Source of the DNA: a virus | IMG/VR virus record: IMGVR_UViG_3300010389_000008 | Strand: one strand, 5' to 3' | Length of the DNA stretch: 64,000 nt | Position numbers and translations under genes: made by a program | Notes under the pieces: generated by a model | What the model saw: the letters and a program-made list of their open reading frames with translations, nothing else | Database searches by the model: none | What the model was told of the DNA's origin: nothing | Shown here: piece by piece, positions 17,377 to 27,200 of the stretch | Numbering within the stretch: the stretch's first letter is position 1 | Layout of the letters: every line of letters starts with the position of its first letter

Positions 17377-17817
17377 TTGACCTGTATCAGCACACCAGCC
17401 CTTCATAGGGGCGCAAAAGGTGAGCACCTGTTTGAGGGACATTTTCTCGAGCAGGGAATCTTTATTGCTGCTCCCAAGCACGATCTGCATCGCGTCGATT
17501 ACGTCGTGGAGTGGAATGACAAGCTTGTGCGCGTCAACGTGAAGACTCTGCACTGGGTTAAATCCCAGAACTGTTATCACGCAGAGACCAGGACCAGCTG
17601 TCCTGGAGGCAACCGCACATACACATCTGACGAGATCGATTACTTCGGCATCGTCAGTTTGGAGTATGGGCACATTTGGATGGTTCCCCTGTCTGCTACC
17701 AGGGGTACCTCTATCTCTTGGCATCCGCCGCAGAAAAGGCACAGGAAACGTGTGGACTCCTTTAATTGGGATCCTTACCTCATAAAAAGAGGTACGACAT
17801 CAGTTCTTGATACTTAA
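17377..17817 (+). CDS. Free-standing PD-(D/E)XK endonuclease (I-Ssp6803I-like family)
   Basis: GAKGE...P...RVDYVV...RVNVKT...Y...IDYF. Confidence 0.75.
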   Translation: MTCISTPALHRGAKGEHLFEGHFLEQGIFIAAPKHDLHRVDYVVEWNDKLVRVNVKTLHWVKSQNCYHAETRTSCPGGNRTYTSDEIDYFGIVSLEYGHIWMVPLSATRGTSISWHPPQKRHRKRVDSFNWDPYLIKRGTTSVLDT

Positions 17818-17843
17818 GAGCTAAACTTAGTTAGTATCAGGGT

Positions 17844-19076
17844 ATGGAGACTGTCTCTCGCTACGATTACGGTCAAGTAACTAAATCCGAAGTAACGGAT
17901 GAAGGTTATTTGAAAGTCTGGTGTAAAGCCGCCCGTGTTGGCACTCAGCTTTATACAAGGGGTGATGGCGCACAAGTGCGCGAATATCGCCCTGAAGATG
18001 AAGTAGCGAAGCCCGAGTCTCTAGCTTCCTTCGGTATGAAGGCAGTCACAATGGGGCATCCCCCCGTTCTGCTGGATTCCGGGAACACCAAAGTGCATCA
18101 GGTGGGCCATGCGGGTTCGCAGGTCCGTTACAACGATGGTTTTGTTGAAGTAGCGCTCCTTATTACTGATAAGGACGCTATTCAGCGTATCCAGCGTGGT
18201 GATGCACAGGAAGTAAGCGCGGGTTACCGCGTCGACTTCGATCCTACCCCTGGTGTCACACCCCAAGGCGAAAGTTACGACGGCGTCCAGCGAAACATCC
18301 GCGTTAACCATATTGCGGTTGTTCCTCGTGGGCGTGCTGGTCGTGACGTTCGTTTAATCCTCGATTCATGTGATCGCAATGATGCGATTGCTTGGACTGA
18401 AAACCCGTCGAATTCGCCCGTTATTTCCATGGCACGAATCACCCTCGACGGCCTGGATCTTGAACTTCCCGCAGAAACTGCAGGCGCGGTCCAATCCTTC
18501 GCTAAGGAGGCTGAGCGTGCCAAGGCTGACCTCCAGAGCAAGCTGGATTCTCAGGAAGAACAGATTCAAGCCGTAGTTACCGAGAACGAAGAAACTCTTG
18601 GCCGTCTTGATGCGGCTCTGGAGCGTATCGAAGAACTAGAAAAGCAAATCGCCGAGTCTGCAGAACAGCGCGATGACGCTGCAGAAATCAACGAGGCCGT
18701 TAACACCCGTCTTGCTGCCCTCGACAAGTTCGCTCCTCTTCTCCCTGAGGACTACAAGTTCGATGGCGAAGACGAGCACGGCATCATGACCCTCGCCTAC
18801 GAAAACGTCTTTGAGAAAGCTCCTCGTGAGGATGCCTCAAATGACTATCTTCTCGGAATTCTTGACGGTGTTCTCGCCGCCATGGAAGACGTGGACGATG
18901 ACGAGGAAGAAATTAAAGCCGACGCTGACTTCCAGCCCGAGGACGATGGTTCCAACGTTGCTGAAGTTCGTGCCGCCCTCGCTGCCGTTAACGGTGCCGA
19001 GAAGATGGATAGCTCTTCCTCCTACCGCGAGCAACTGCTGAACGGTTGGAAGTCCGATCTCACTGCTCACGTTTGA
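17844..19076 (+). CDS. DUF2213 prohead protease/scaffold
   Basis: TDEGYL...ARVG, VTMGHP, EVSAGY, NHIAVVPRGRAG; C-terminal coiled coil. Confidence 0.9.
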   Translation: METVSRYDYGQVTKSEVTDEGYLKVWCKAARVGTQLYTRGDGAQVREYRPEDEVAKPESLASFGMKAVTMGHPPVLLDSGNTKVHQVGHAGSQVRYNDGFVEVALLITDKDAIQRIQRGDAQEVSAGYRVDFDPTPGVTPQGESYDGVQRNIRVNHIAVVPRGRAGRDVRLILDSCDRNDAIAWTENPSNSPVISMARITLDGLDLELPAETAGAVQSFAKEAERAKADLQSKLDSQEEQIQAVVTENEETLGRLDAALERIEELEKQIAESAEQRDDAAEINEAVNTRLAALDKFAPLLPEDYKFDGEDEHGIMTLAYENVFEKAPREDASNDYLLGILDGVLAAMEDVDDDEEEIKADADFQPEDDGSNVAEVRAALAAVNGAEKMDSSSSYREQLLNGWKSDLTAHV

Positions 19077-19091
19077 TAGGAGCGTTTAGTA

Positions 19092-19703
19092 ATGGCTATT
19101 ACCTACACCACCACCACTGTCGCCAATCCTTCCGGCGCTCAGGGTTCTTACCCCCTGGAGCTGACCAATGGTCACGAAGGTTTGATTGCTGACCTGCAGG
19201 CATACGTTTCCCGGTCCTACACCAACGAAACTTCTGCCGTCATTCCTTACGGCCACGCTGTCATCATCGATGGCGCTGCCACCTCTGGCCTGGGCGCCAA
19301 GCTGCCTGCCGGTGCTTCTGCCACCGACGTGCTTGGTATTGCTGTGGACAGCAACGTTTTCGAGAACGTTTCTGGCACCTACACCCCAGTCCCGACCAAC
19401 AAGACCACTGACGGTCGCATCGGTTATCCCGACAAGCAGATGGTCAACGTCCTGAGCAAGGGCGTCATCTGGGTCTACACCGCCGACGCCGTTGCCCTGG
19501 GCGACGCAGTGCGTCTGTTCCACACCGATTCTGCATCCGCTTCTTCCAACGGTGGCTACAAAGGCCGCTTTGGTAAGACCGCTGAAGCCGGTTACACCTT
19601 TGAGATCACTGCTGGCGCTCGCTGGCTGAGCGCTGCTTCCGCTGGAAACATTGCTCTCCTGGAGATCGACATCCCGACTCTCACTGTTTCCGCTGATACT
19701 TGA
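19092..19703 (+). CDS. Capsid decoration/cement protein
   Basis: Between DUF2213 and capsid; PYGHAV...NVLSKGVIWV. Confidence 0.75.
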   Translation: MAITYTTTTVANPSGAQGSYPLELTNGHEGLIADLQAYVSRSYTNETSAVIPYGHAVIIDGAATSGLGAKLPAGASATDVLGIAVDSNVFENVSGTYTPVPTNKTTDGRIGYPDKQMVNVLSKGVIWVYTADAVALGDAVRLFHTDSASASSNGGYKGRFGKTAEAGYTFEITAGARWLSAASAGNIALLEIDIPTLTVSADT

Positions 19704-19719
19704 TAGGAGGCACTAACCA

Positions 19720-20628
19720 ATGTCTGAAATCCGTAATGATGATGTCGGCCTGTTTCTTGCTCGCGAACTAGAGCAAGTCCTGGCCCGGACCTTTGAGGTT
19801 CAGTACGCCGACATTAAGTACAGCCAGGTTCTGCCTATCTCTACTGAGGTTGGTCCTGGTTCCGATAGTTTTACCTATCGCATTTTTGATGCACAAGGCA
19901 GCATGAAGCTGATTGCCGATAAGGCCAGCGACCTGCCCCGCGCTGACGTGCTGCGTAAGGAAGTCACTCATCAGGTCCGCAGCCTGGGTGCCTCCTTCGC
20001 TTACAGCATCCAAGAAACCCGTGCCGCCGCCATGGTGCCCGGCATGAATCTGGAGCAGCGTCGCGCTAACGCCGTGCGTCGTGCTTATGAGGAGAAAGTC
20101 CAGTCGATCGCCTTCTTCGGTGACTCTGGCGTCTCCATGGACGGCTTCTTCAACAACGCAAACGTTGATAAGACCATCCCCAGCAAGTGGTTCGATGACG
20201 CAACCATCACCACTGATGAAATGCTGGAGATCCTGAACGAGGCACCTACCCGCATCGTCCAGAACTCCAACATGAAGGAGTCCCCCAACACGATGCTCGT
20301 CCCCTACGACGTGTATCGCATCATCTCCACCACTCCTCGCAGCAGCACCTCCGACACCACGGTGATGGAGTTCTTCCTGCGTACCAATCCGTTCATCCGC
20401 TCCATCGAGCCGATCAACGAACTGGAGGCTTCCAAGTCTTCCCTGAGCAAGGACCGCATCATCTGCTACGACCGCAGCCCCGAGAAGGTTCAGCTCCACC
20501 TGCCCCGCACCCTGGAGTTCCTGCCTCCCGTGCGCCAGAACCTTGAGTTCTCCGTGGCAGCTCACGCCCGCATCGGCGGTGTCGCTCTGTACTACCCCAA
20601 GAGCGCCCTCTACGTCGAGAAGGCCTGA
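19720..20628 (+). CDS. Major capsid protein (DUF2184 family)
   Basis: FLARELEQV, SFAYSIQE, IAFFGD, GGVALYYP; strongly biased codons. Confidence 0.92.
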   Translation: MSEIRNDDVGLFLARELEQVLARTFEVQYADIKYSQVLPISTEVGPGSDSFTYRIFDAQGSMKLIADKASDLPRADVLRKEVTHQVRSLGASFAYSIQETRAAAMVPGMNLEQRRANAVRRAYEEKVQSIAFFGDSGVSMDGFFNNANVDKTIPSKWFDDATITTDEMLEILNEAPTRIVQNSNMKESPNTMLVPYDVYRIISTTPRSSTSDTTVMEFFLRTNPFIRSIEPINELEASKSSLSKDRIICYDRSPEKVQLHLPRTLEFLPPVRQNLEFSVAAHARIGGVALYYPKSALYVEKA

Positions 20629-20649
20629 TAACTCATAGGTAAACAGAAC

Positions 20650-21066
20650 ATGATCATCACCTACAGCCCTCAACTGGAAAACCCGCCTCGGGATAAGGAA
20701 GTCACTCTGGGCTTCTCCATCATCAGTGGCAAAGCAGGCGGGACTGAATACATCCAGCTCAAGTCTGGGGTCAACCGTGATGTTGACCCTGGTGACTGGG
20801 AGAAAATCAAGGAGGTGCCCCTGGTGGCAGAACTCCTCTCCCTGGGTGCTCTCAAGGTGCAGGAAGACGTAGAAGAGGTCACCACCGGTAAGGAGGAAAA
20901 GCCTGCCGGTGGCCTCACCACGATGCCTGTCAAGGAAGCTCTCGACGCGATCCACGGAACCTTCGATCTGGACCTGCTCAAAGAGTGGGACTACGCCGAA
21001 AACCGTGTTCGTATCAAGAACGCAATTGCTAAGCGCATCAAGGCTGTAACTGAAGGCGAAGGCTGA
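20650..21066 (+). CDS. Post-capsid hypothetical protein
   Basis: Position in operon; helical C-terminus. Confidence 0.75.
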   Translation: MIITYSPQLENPPRDKEVTLGFSIISGKAGGTEYIQLKSGVNRDVDPGDWEKIKEVPLVAELLSLGALKVQEDVEEVTTGKEEKPAGGLTTMPVKEALDAIHGTFDLDLLKEWDYAENRVRIKNAIAKRIKAVTEGEG

Positions 21067-21374
21067 TGGCTGTCACCTCCACCACGTTTTTGGCACGGTT
21101 CCCGGAATTCGCAAACCTGGAATCTGCTGTGGTCGAGGGCACCATCGCGGAAGCTGGTCGGCAATGCGACAGTGATGTGTGGGGTGACCAGCATGATGAC
21201 GCGGTTAATTATCTGACTGCTCATCTGCTGGCTGCCCGTACACAAGCCATTGGCCAGCAAATCGGAGCTGTTTCATCGGCAGCTAACGATTTTTCCACGT
21301 ATAAGAGCACTGCTTACGGTGCTGCTTATCACGCTCTTCAAAGCTCCCTCGCAGTCTCAGGCTTTGCTTACTAA
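21066..21374 (+). CDS. Head-tail adaptor (DUF4054-like)
   Basis: FLARFPEF, YLTAHLL, STAYG. Confidence 0.85.
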   Translation: MAVTSTTFLARFPEFANLESAVVEGTIAEAGRQCDSDVWGDQHDDAVNYLTAHLLAARTQAIGQQIGAVSSAANDFSTYKSTAYGAAYHALQSSLAVSGFAY

Positions 21375-21751
21375 TGGGAGCCTACTCACCGTTCGACAAT
21401 GCAAGTCTGTCGTTTGAGGTCTACGGCTCATTTGCTTACGACTCTCAGACAGGGAATCGCGTTCCGGTCAATACAACCGAGACTTATACAGCAAATATCC
21501 AGCTGCAATTAAATAAGTCAGACTTTAAGCCTGGCATTGATGAAAGCGAGATGACTTGCAAGGGTCGTCTCCTTTCTCCCACGACATTCAGTGCAAAGGT
21601 AAAGGTAGGAAGTATTGCCAACTGCACTGTTAACGGTGTATCAGGCACTATCCGCCTGACAGACCTCGGAACAAATACTTTGCCCTATGCCAGGAACACC
21701 TTGTTTCAGGAGTTCACTGGCGTTTTTGAGCAGACAGGCAAGGGAGGTTAA
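21374..21751 (+). CDS. Putative head-closure protein
   Basis: Synteny. Confidence 0.6.
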   Translation: MGAYSPFDNASLSFEVYGSFAYDSQTGNRVPVNTTETYTANIQLQLNKSDFKPGIDESEMTCKGRLLSPTTFSAKVKVGSIANCTVNGVSGTIRLTDLGTNTLPYARNTLFQEFTGVFEQTGKGG

Positions 21752-21753
21752 TC

Positions 21754-22125
21754 ATGGCCCAGCCACAGAAGCTAGATACATCTGCTTTTGAGAAGGCTGT
21801 TTCTAATGCCACGCAGGCCTTGGTAAATCGACTTTCCGTTGAATATACCAACGAGATCTCATCTCCCAAGTGGAAGTGGGTTGATGGTGCATACCGTGAC
21901 ATCGTCGACACGGGGAGGCTTCGCGCATCTCAAACTGTACGACGAGTTTCTAATACTGAGTTTCAATTCAGTTGGCCCGTTGAATACGCCGCTCAGGTGC
22001 ATGAGGGTACAAAGCTCAAAGGTGGGGGTGAATGGCCAGCAAGGCCGTGGACTCGTACTGCGCTGGAGAACGTAGACCCTAAAAGTTACTTTGAGACTAT
22101 ACTTAGGAGAGAGTTAAGTGGCTAG
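21754..22125 (+). CDS. HK97 gp10-like tail-completion protein
   Basis: VDTGRLRAS, YAAQVHEG, ARPW. Confidence 0.8.
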   Translation: MAQPQKLDTSAFEKAVSNATQALVNRLSVEYTNEISSPKWKWVDGAYRDIVDTGRLRASQTVRRVSNTEFQFSWPVEYAAQVHEGTKLKGGGEWPARPWTRTALENVDPKSYFETILRRELSG

Positions 22126-22519
22126 TGTATCCCAAATACGCAGTTTAATTAACTCGGCAATCGGGTCCAAACTAGGAAATTACAATCTCCCAGATGGATC
22201 CACGTCCCCCGCCCTATGGGTACGGGGTCAGCAGCAAGTTCCCAAGGATTGGACAATCAGTGGCATCGAATGTGTCATTGATGAAGTTCCTGAAATGGTG
22301 AACAGGCCCACCTTGTCCCAAGCAGTTGTTTTAGACACCCGTTGGGGTGTTTACATCACCAGCTACGACACGGCTCAAACACTAGCCGAGGTGCGCGAGC
22401 TTCTCTTTCAGTGGTTCCCGGATATCCAGGATCCTGTGCATGTTGCTCAGACCGACATCTCCTTTGAAACTCTGAAAGTATTTATCCCCGATTACTCAAT
22501 TCAACCTGAGAGAGGCTAA
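22118..22519 (+). CDS. Putative tail terminator
   Basis: Synteny. Confidence 0.6.
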   Translation: MASVSQIRSLINSAIGSKLGNYNLPDGSTSPALWVRGQQQVPKDWTISGIECVIDEVPEMVNRPTLSQAVVLDTRWGVYITSYDTAQTLAEVRELLFQWFPDIQDPVHVAQTDISFETLKVFIPDYSIQPERG

Positions 22520-23088
22520 TGGCTAATCTTCCTGGTGGTGCTTTTGCTAAGGGGCGGGACCGCATTGTGCGGGTCGCTAGCCCCGGTGGCACCCGTCAAA
22601 CCTGCACCGTGACCAACGGTGCCATCACCCTGCCCACGGGTCTGACCTACAACTTCCTGAAGGGCGCAACCCGAGCTGAATTTACTCCGGCTCCTAACTC
22701 CCAAGAATTCTTCCTGCTGGGCGACAACGGCTGGCGAGATTCCGTGGGTGTTACCCAAGCTGGTGAGTTGGCTTGCTCTGCCTTCTTCATCAACAGCCTG
22801 GACGCAAGCAACGTTCCCCAAGCTGATATTGACGCTGGTCTTCAGCTGGTGCTCAACGCAGAATCGGATCCCGACGTGGAGATCTGGGTTGAGATGTTCA
22901 CCTTCCTGGGCGAAGACGCAACCAACAACTACATCTACCACTGCCGTGCCTTCCAGGGTTCTGTGGTCAACGTGTCTGAGGCTGCTCCCTCTGACGGCCT
23001 GATCGAGTACTCCTGGACCTTCCAGTCCCGTGGCACGATCTGGGCTGGTACCTACGACGCTGGTCAGACCGCTCTGTCTGTGTACTGA
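22519..23088 (+). CDS. Major tail tube protein
   Basis: Size, synteny, codon bias like the capsid gene; IEYSWTFQSRG. Confidence 0.8.
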   Translation: MANLPGGAFAKGRDRIVRVASPGGTRQTCTVTNGAITLPTGLTYNFLKGATRAEFTPAPNSQEFFLLGDNGWRDSVGVTQAGELACSAFFINSLDASNVPQADIDAGLQLVLNAESDPDVEIWVEMFTFLGEDATNNYIYHCRAFQGSVVNVSEAAPSDGLIEYSWTFQSRGTIWAGTYDAGQTALSVY

Positions 23089-23315
23089 TGAAAGTTGATC
23101 TGCTGGTCTCTGAAGACAAGCGGTCATACTTCATCAACTGCGTTCAAAACGGCGAATTACTTGAGGTGGGGGCGGTTTATATCGCCCCTTCGTCGTGTTC
23201 GCCTATGAATCTTTTATCTGAAGATGGTGCTAAGTTGACCGTGGCGATTCCACCCGAGGCCTTAGATCCTCATTCAGAAAGGGTGGCCGTAGACACGTCA
23301 TTTTTCATAGAGTAA
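23088..23315 (+). CDS. Hypothetical protein
   Basis: TGATG overlap. Confidence 0.7.
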   Translation: MKVDLLVSEDKRSYFINCVQNGELLEVGAVYIAPSSCSPMNLLSEDGAKLTVAIPPEALDPHSERVAVDTSFFIE

Positions 23316-23812
23316 TGAGCAAGTATTCTGCGCTCTTTTTCCAGGAAAAGGAATATCACGAGATTGGTCCTTTCCGCTTTCCGATCTATGAAGATCTGGT
23401 GGCTGGCGAGGCTGAAGGTGTCGAGAACCTAGCTCGTAAGCAAGCTCAAAACACCTATACGCTCTTGAAGATCGCAAAAGCGGTCTCTAAGAAAAAGAAG
23501 ATCAGTGTCAAAGCTGCTCTGGAAATGCTGTCCGCCGATGTAGACGGTGATAACGAGGTTCTGTACGAGTACGCCGAAGAGTTGGCAGACGTGCAGCGAG
23601 ACTCCGCCACCGTGGCTGAGCAGCAGATCGAGATGGCGACCCTGTTCATCCGCTATCGGGGTGAGATCCAGGATCCTGAGGGCAAGCTGGGGTGGATCAC
23701 GCTCCCCGACTGGACCCGTGAAGACACCGCCGTTGTTCCTAACAAGATCCTCAATGAGATCTTTGAGTTCGTGAACTGGGAACGCAACGGCTGGCCTGAA
23801 GAGGGAAAGTAA
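23315..23812 (+). CDS. Tail assembly chaperone (gpG-like)
   Basis: Synteny; ends in GGGAAAG slippery site. Confidence 0.8.
   Translation: MSKYSALFFQEKEYHEIGPFRFPIYEDLVAGEAEGVENLARKQAQNTYTLLKIAKAVSKKKKISVKAALEMLSADVDGDNEVLYEYAEELADVQRDSATVAEQQIEMATLFIRYRGEIQDPEGKLGWITLPDWTREDTAVVPNKILNEIFEFVNWERNGWPEEGK
23803..23809 (+). other. Programmed -1 frameshift site (G GGA AAG)
   Basis: Same heptamer as lambda G/GT; -1 frame open through 24258. Confidence 0.88.
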
Positions 23813-24258
23813 CGCAGGAGGAGCAAGACCCAGAAGAGCTTCTGGAGTTCTATCGCAACTACCTCCTGTCACCCAGGTTCGACGCCCGTAAAACGTACAT
23901 GCAGGTCAAATGTTCCCCTGTTGGTGGGGACTACGACCGCTGCAACTTTCTGCGTACTCCCGTGAAGGAGATCATGTACGTTTTGCAGTACTGCTTTGAC
24001 GATGAAAAGCGTCGGGCGAACTTGTTCTCCATCAGTACCGCAAAGCTTGCTCAGATCGTTCTACAAACGGCCCACGCCTTTGGTGGAAGCAAAGAGCCTG
24101 TCCGAGCGAAGATCACAGACTTCCTGCCGTTTGAGCTGGATTCTGAAGCTTCTGAGCGCGAGGATCTTACCAAACAGATATTGACTAAACTTATTAAGAG
24201 TAGGCGTATTCCTACGCACGTAATTGCTGCTCTAAGTCCTCACATAACCCCTGGGTAA
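23803..24258 (+). CDS. gpT part of the G-GT frameshift product
   Basis: -1 frame has no stop from 23803 and joins track ORF 23899..24258. Confidence 0.8.
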   Translation, partial: GKVTQEEQDPEELLEFYRNYLLSPRFDARKTYMQVKCSPVGGDYDRCNFLRTPVKEIMYVLQYCFDDEKRRANLFSISTAKLAQIVLQTAHAFGGSKEPVRAKITDFLPFELDSEASEREDLTKQILTKLIKSRRIPTHVIAALSPHITPG

Positions 24259-24261
24259 ACT

Positions 24262-27200
24262 GTGGCATCTCTCGGCGACCTGACTCTATTTATTTCCGCC
24301 GAGACGGGTAGAGCCAAGCAAGATATTGACAGACTCGGCAAAGACGCTGACCGCGTAGCCAGTAAGAAGAGAGAGATCGGCTTTTCAGTAGAGAAGGCCC
24401 GTAATGATATTAAAAACTTCAAGCGGGATATCGAGACGGTCGGTACCGCGCTGAAGAAGACCTTTCAGGTCGCTAAAAACACCCCGCTTTTTGATGATGA
24501 GGTTGAAGCGGCGGAAGCTGTTGCCAAAGGGGTTGGCAAGATCGGTTCTGAGCTGAGCAAGGCCCGTAAACCTGGCCTGGTCCTGCAGCGGACCTTTCAG
24601 GGCATGGGCGGCAGCGTGGCCGCTCTTGTCAATCGTCTGGCCAAGCTTGGCTTTGCTCTCTACGGTCTCCAACAGATCACAGGTGTCCTGAACCAAGCCT
24701 TCGGAGGCTTCTTCAACGCCACCATTGGTAGGGCCATCAAGCTGGAGGAGACGATCCTCAAGACCCAGGTCGCCCTGGCATCCACTAATGACGTTCTGCG
24801 TGGTGGAACGGCCATCACGGACCCCTACGAATCGATCGTTGCCCTGACTGGGGTGATCGAGCAGCGGATTGCGAGTATCCGTGACCGCTCCCTGGAGCTG
24901 GCAGGCGTCACCAGTGACGAAGTCATCGAAGTCTTCGGGATGGTGTCCCAGCAGGTGGGGCAAATCGGAGGAAGCCTTAAGGACGCTGAAGACCTGGCCA
25001 TTTCCTTTGCAGGTGCTCTGGGAACGTTTGGAATCCCTCTCTACCAGGCTCGTCAGGAGATCGGATCGATCCTCCGAGGTGATATCACCACCGACTCCTA
25101 CCTGGCAAAGGCCCTTGGCATCACGAACGACGACGTTCAGAAGGCCAAAAACACGACTGAAGGTGTCGTTGGCTTTCTGCAACAGAAGCTATCGACAGCT
25201 GTAGCCGGTCAAAAGATCGCGGCCCAGTCATTCAGTGGTGTTCTCTCGAACATCGTCGACTTTCAGGAGCTGATTGGTCAGGCCTTCGGCTCCAACCTCG
25301 TACAGCCCCTCATTGACGGCCTCTCGGGGGTCTACAACCTGCTAGTTGCGGTCAAGGACCAAGCACTCACAGCCGCCACTGCGATCGGTACCGCAGTAGG
25401 ACGTGCAGGCCAACTTGTAGGCGGCGCTGTTACGGCTCCAGTAACAGCACTTGCTGGGGGTAATGCAGGGGCCACAAAGGGTGCAGATGCCACTCAGAGA
25501 GCAGCTATAGCCGTCTCGCAGGCTCTTGAGAAACTCGCCCTAGATACCCAGAAGACCTTCAGTCAGATCAGTGGAGAAGTCGCAAAGCTTCTGGCCAAGC
25601 TCGCTGTTGGGTTCAAGAACCTGGGATCGGCCTTTGTCGGTCTCAACGTCGAAGTCTTCAAGAGTCTGCTGGAGACTTTCAAAGCTCTTGCCCAGGCAAT
25701 TCAACCTGTTGCCACCGCATTCTCAGGACTATTGACTGTTTACGGTCAGTTCCTGGATTTGCCTGCCGTGCAGGTGCTGTCAAGCATCGCGGCACAGTTC
25801 AAAGTTCTTGAAGCGGTAGGCGTAAACGGGTTTATCAAGATCATTGCCACTGGTGGTGCTTTTATCGCCAGCCTGGGCGCTATCAAAGCCGCTATCGCCA
25901 CTGTCGCGGCTGTGATCAGCAGGGGCCTAGCAATGGCGCTCGCGACTGTCGGAACAGCCTTGCAGGCTTTCGGTGTTGCGTTGAATGCGCTCCTTGAGCG
26001 ACTGGGTATCGCGAACGCTCAATTAACCGCTCTTTCAGCCCGACTGACCGCGACTGGAGCCTCTGCGACTGCAGCCGCAGCTGGGATGAAAGGTGGTGCT
26101 GGTGCCGCAGGGATGCTCGGTGGTGCAATTAAGGGCCTAATGATCAAAATGTTGGCCTTCAACGCATTGTTGTTGGCTGCTCAGCTGTTGATTGCAGCTT
26201 TGGTCGAGGGTTATGCCCGTTGGGAACGTGCCAATAAGCAAGCGAAGGCGATTGATCGCTTCCGCAACAGCATGGACAAACTCAACACGACGTTCAAGAA
26301 CGTCAATGAGAACTCCACTGCTGCACAACAAGCGCTGAAAAGGGTAGCTGAGACTGAAGCCAAGAAGGAACTTGAGGAACTAGAGAAGGCTTATGCCGAA
26401 GCTGCAGCTGAAGCTGACAAACTTTCAATTAAGGCTGCTCGACTTAAAAAAGCTTACGAAAGCACTGGTGGAGGTATCGGAGCTGGATCATACGCAGGCA
26501 ATCCTCTGTTGGAGTTAAGGGAGACTGAAAAAGCTACTGCCGCTGCACTTCAACGCCGCAATAAACTTGAGGCGGATTTCAACGAAGCCAGCGAAAAACA
26601 TAAGGCTTATCTAGCAGCCAAGACTATTGATGAAGAGGTCACGACACGGTCTAAAAAGTTAGGAGAACTGAACGAGAAGCTCGCTAAGCAGCAGCGTGAC
26701 TTGAATCGTCAGATTGTCAGTGATCGATTTAACGCAGAACAGGAGCTGGCTTCACGCCGCTTGGATCTGGAGCGCAGCATTGTTCAAGAGCAGATTGAGC
26801 TTGTCTTTAATCGCAACCGTAGTCTGATCGAAGGAGAGGAAGGGGCATCCGCTGCAGCACTCAGGGGTCTGGTCGAATACTCCAAGCAACGGATGGAGGA
26901 TGAGGCCGACTTTGAGCGCCAGCGTAAGCAGATGGTCCTTGACCTTGCGGACCTTGAGAAGGAGCTTGAGGACTACAAGTTCAATATCGGTGAGAAGATT
27001 CTTGAGCTGAAAAAGCAAGGTGCCAAGCTCGATAAGGAGACCGCTGAGTACGTCCAGAAGGTCTATCTGAAGATTGCACGGGACCAGGGAGCCAATCTTG
27101 CCGCTCTGCTCTCTGGTAATCCAGGACTCACTGCAGGCAGTGGCGCGAGGGTGGGGAATACAGGACGGAGCACCGGTCCTCATCTAGACCTGCGCTCAAG

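Noticed and set aside
17258-17843. Group I intron around the PD-(D/E)XK gene
   Set aside because: Flanks are too short for a ribozyme core and neighbouring ORFs are uninterrupted
19768-20955. 395-aa minus-strand ORF opposite the capsid gene, and similar long antisense ORFs in TMP, nrdJ and polA
   Set aside because: Shadow frames produced by strong codon bias in the real genes; no motifs
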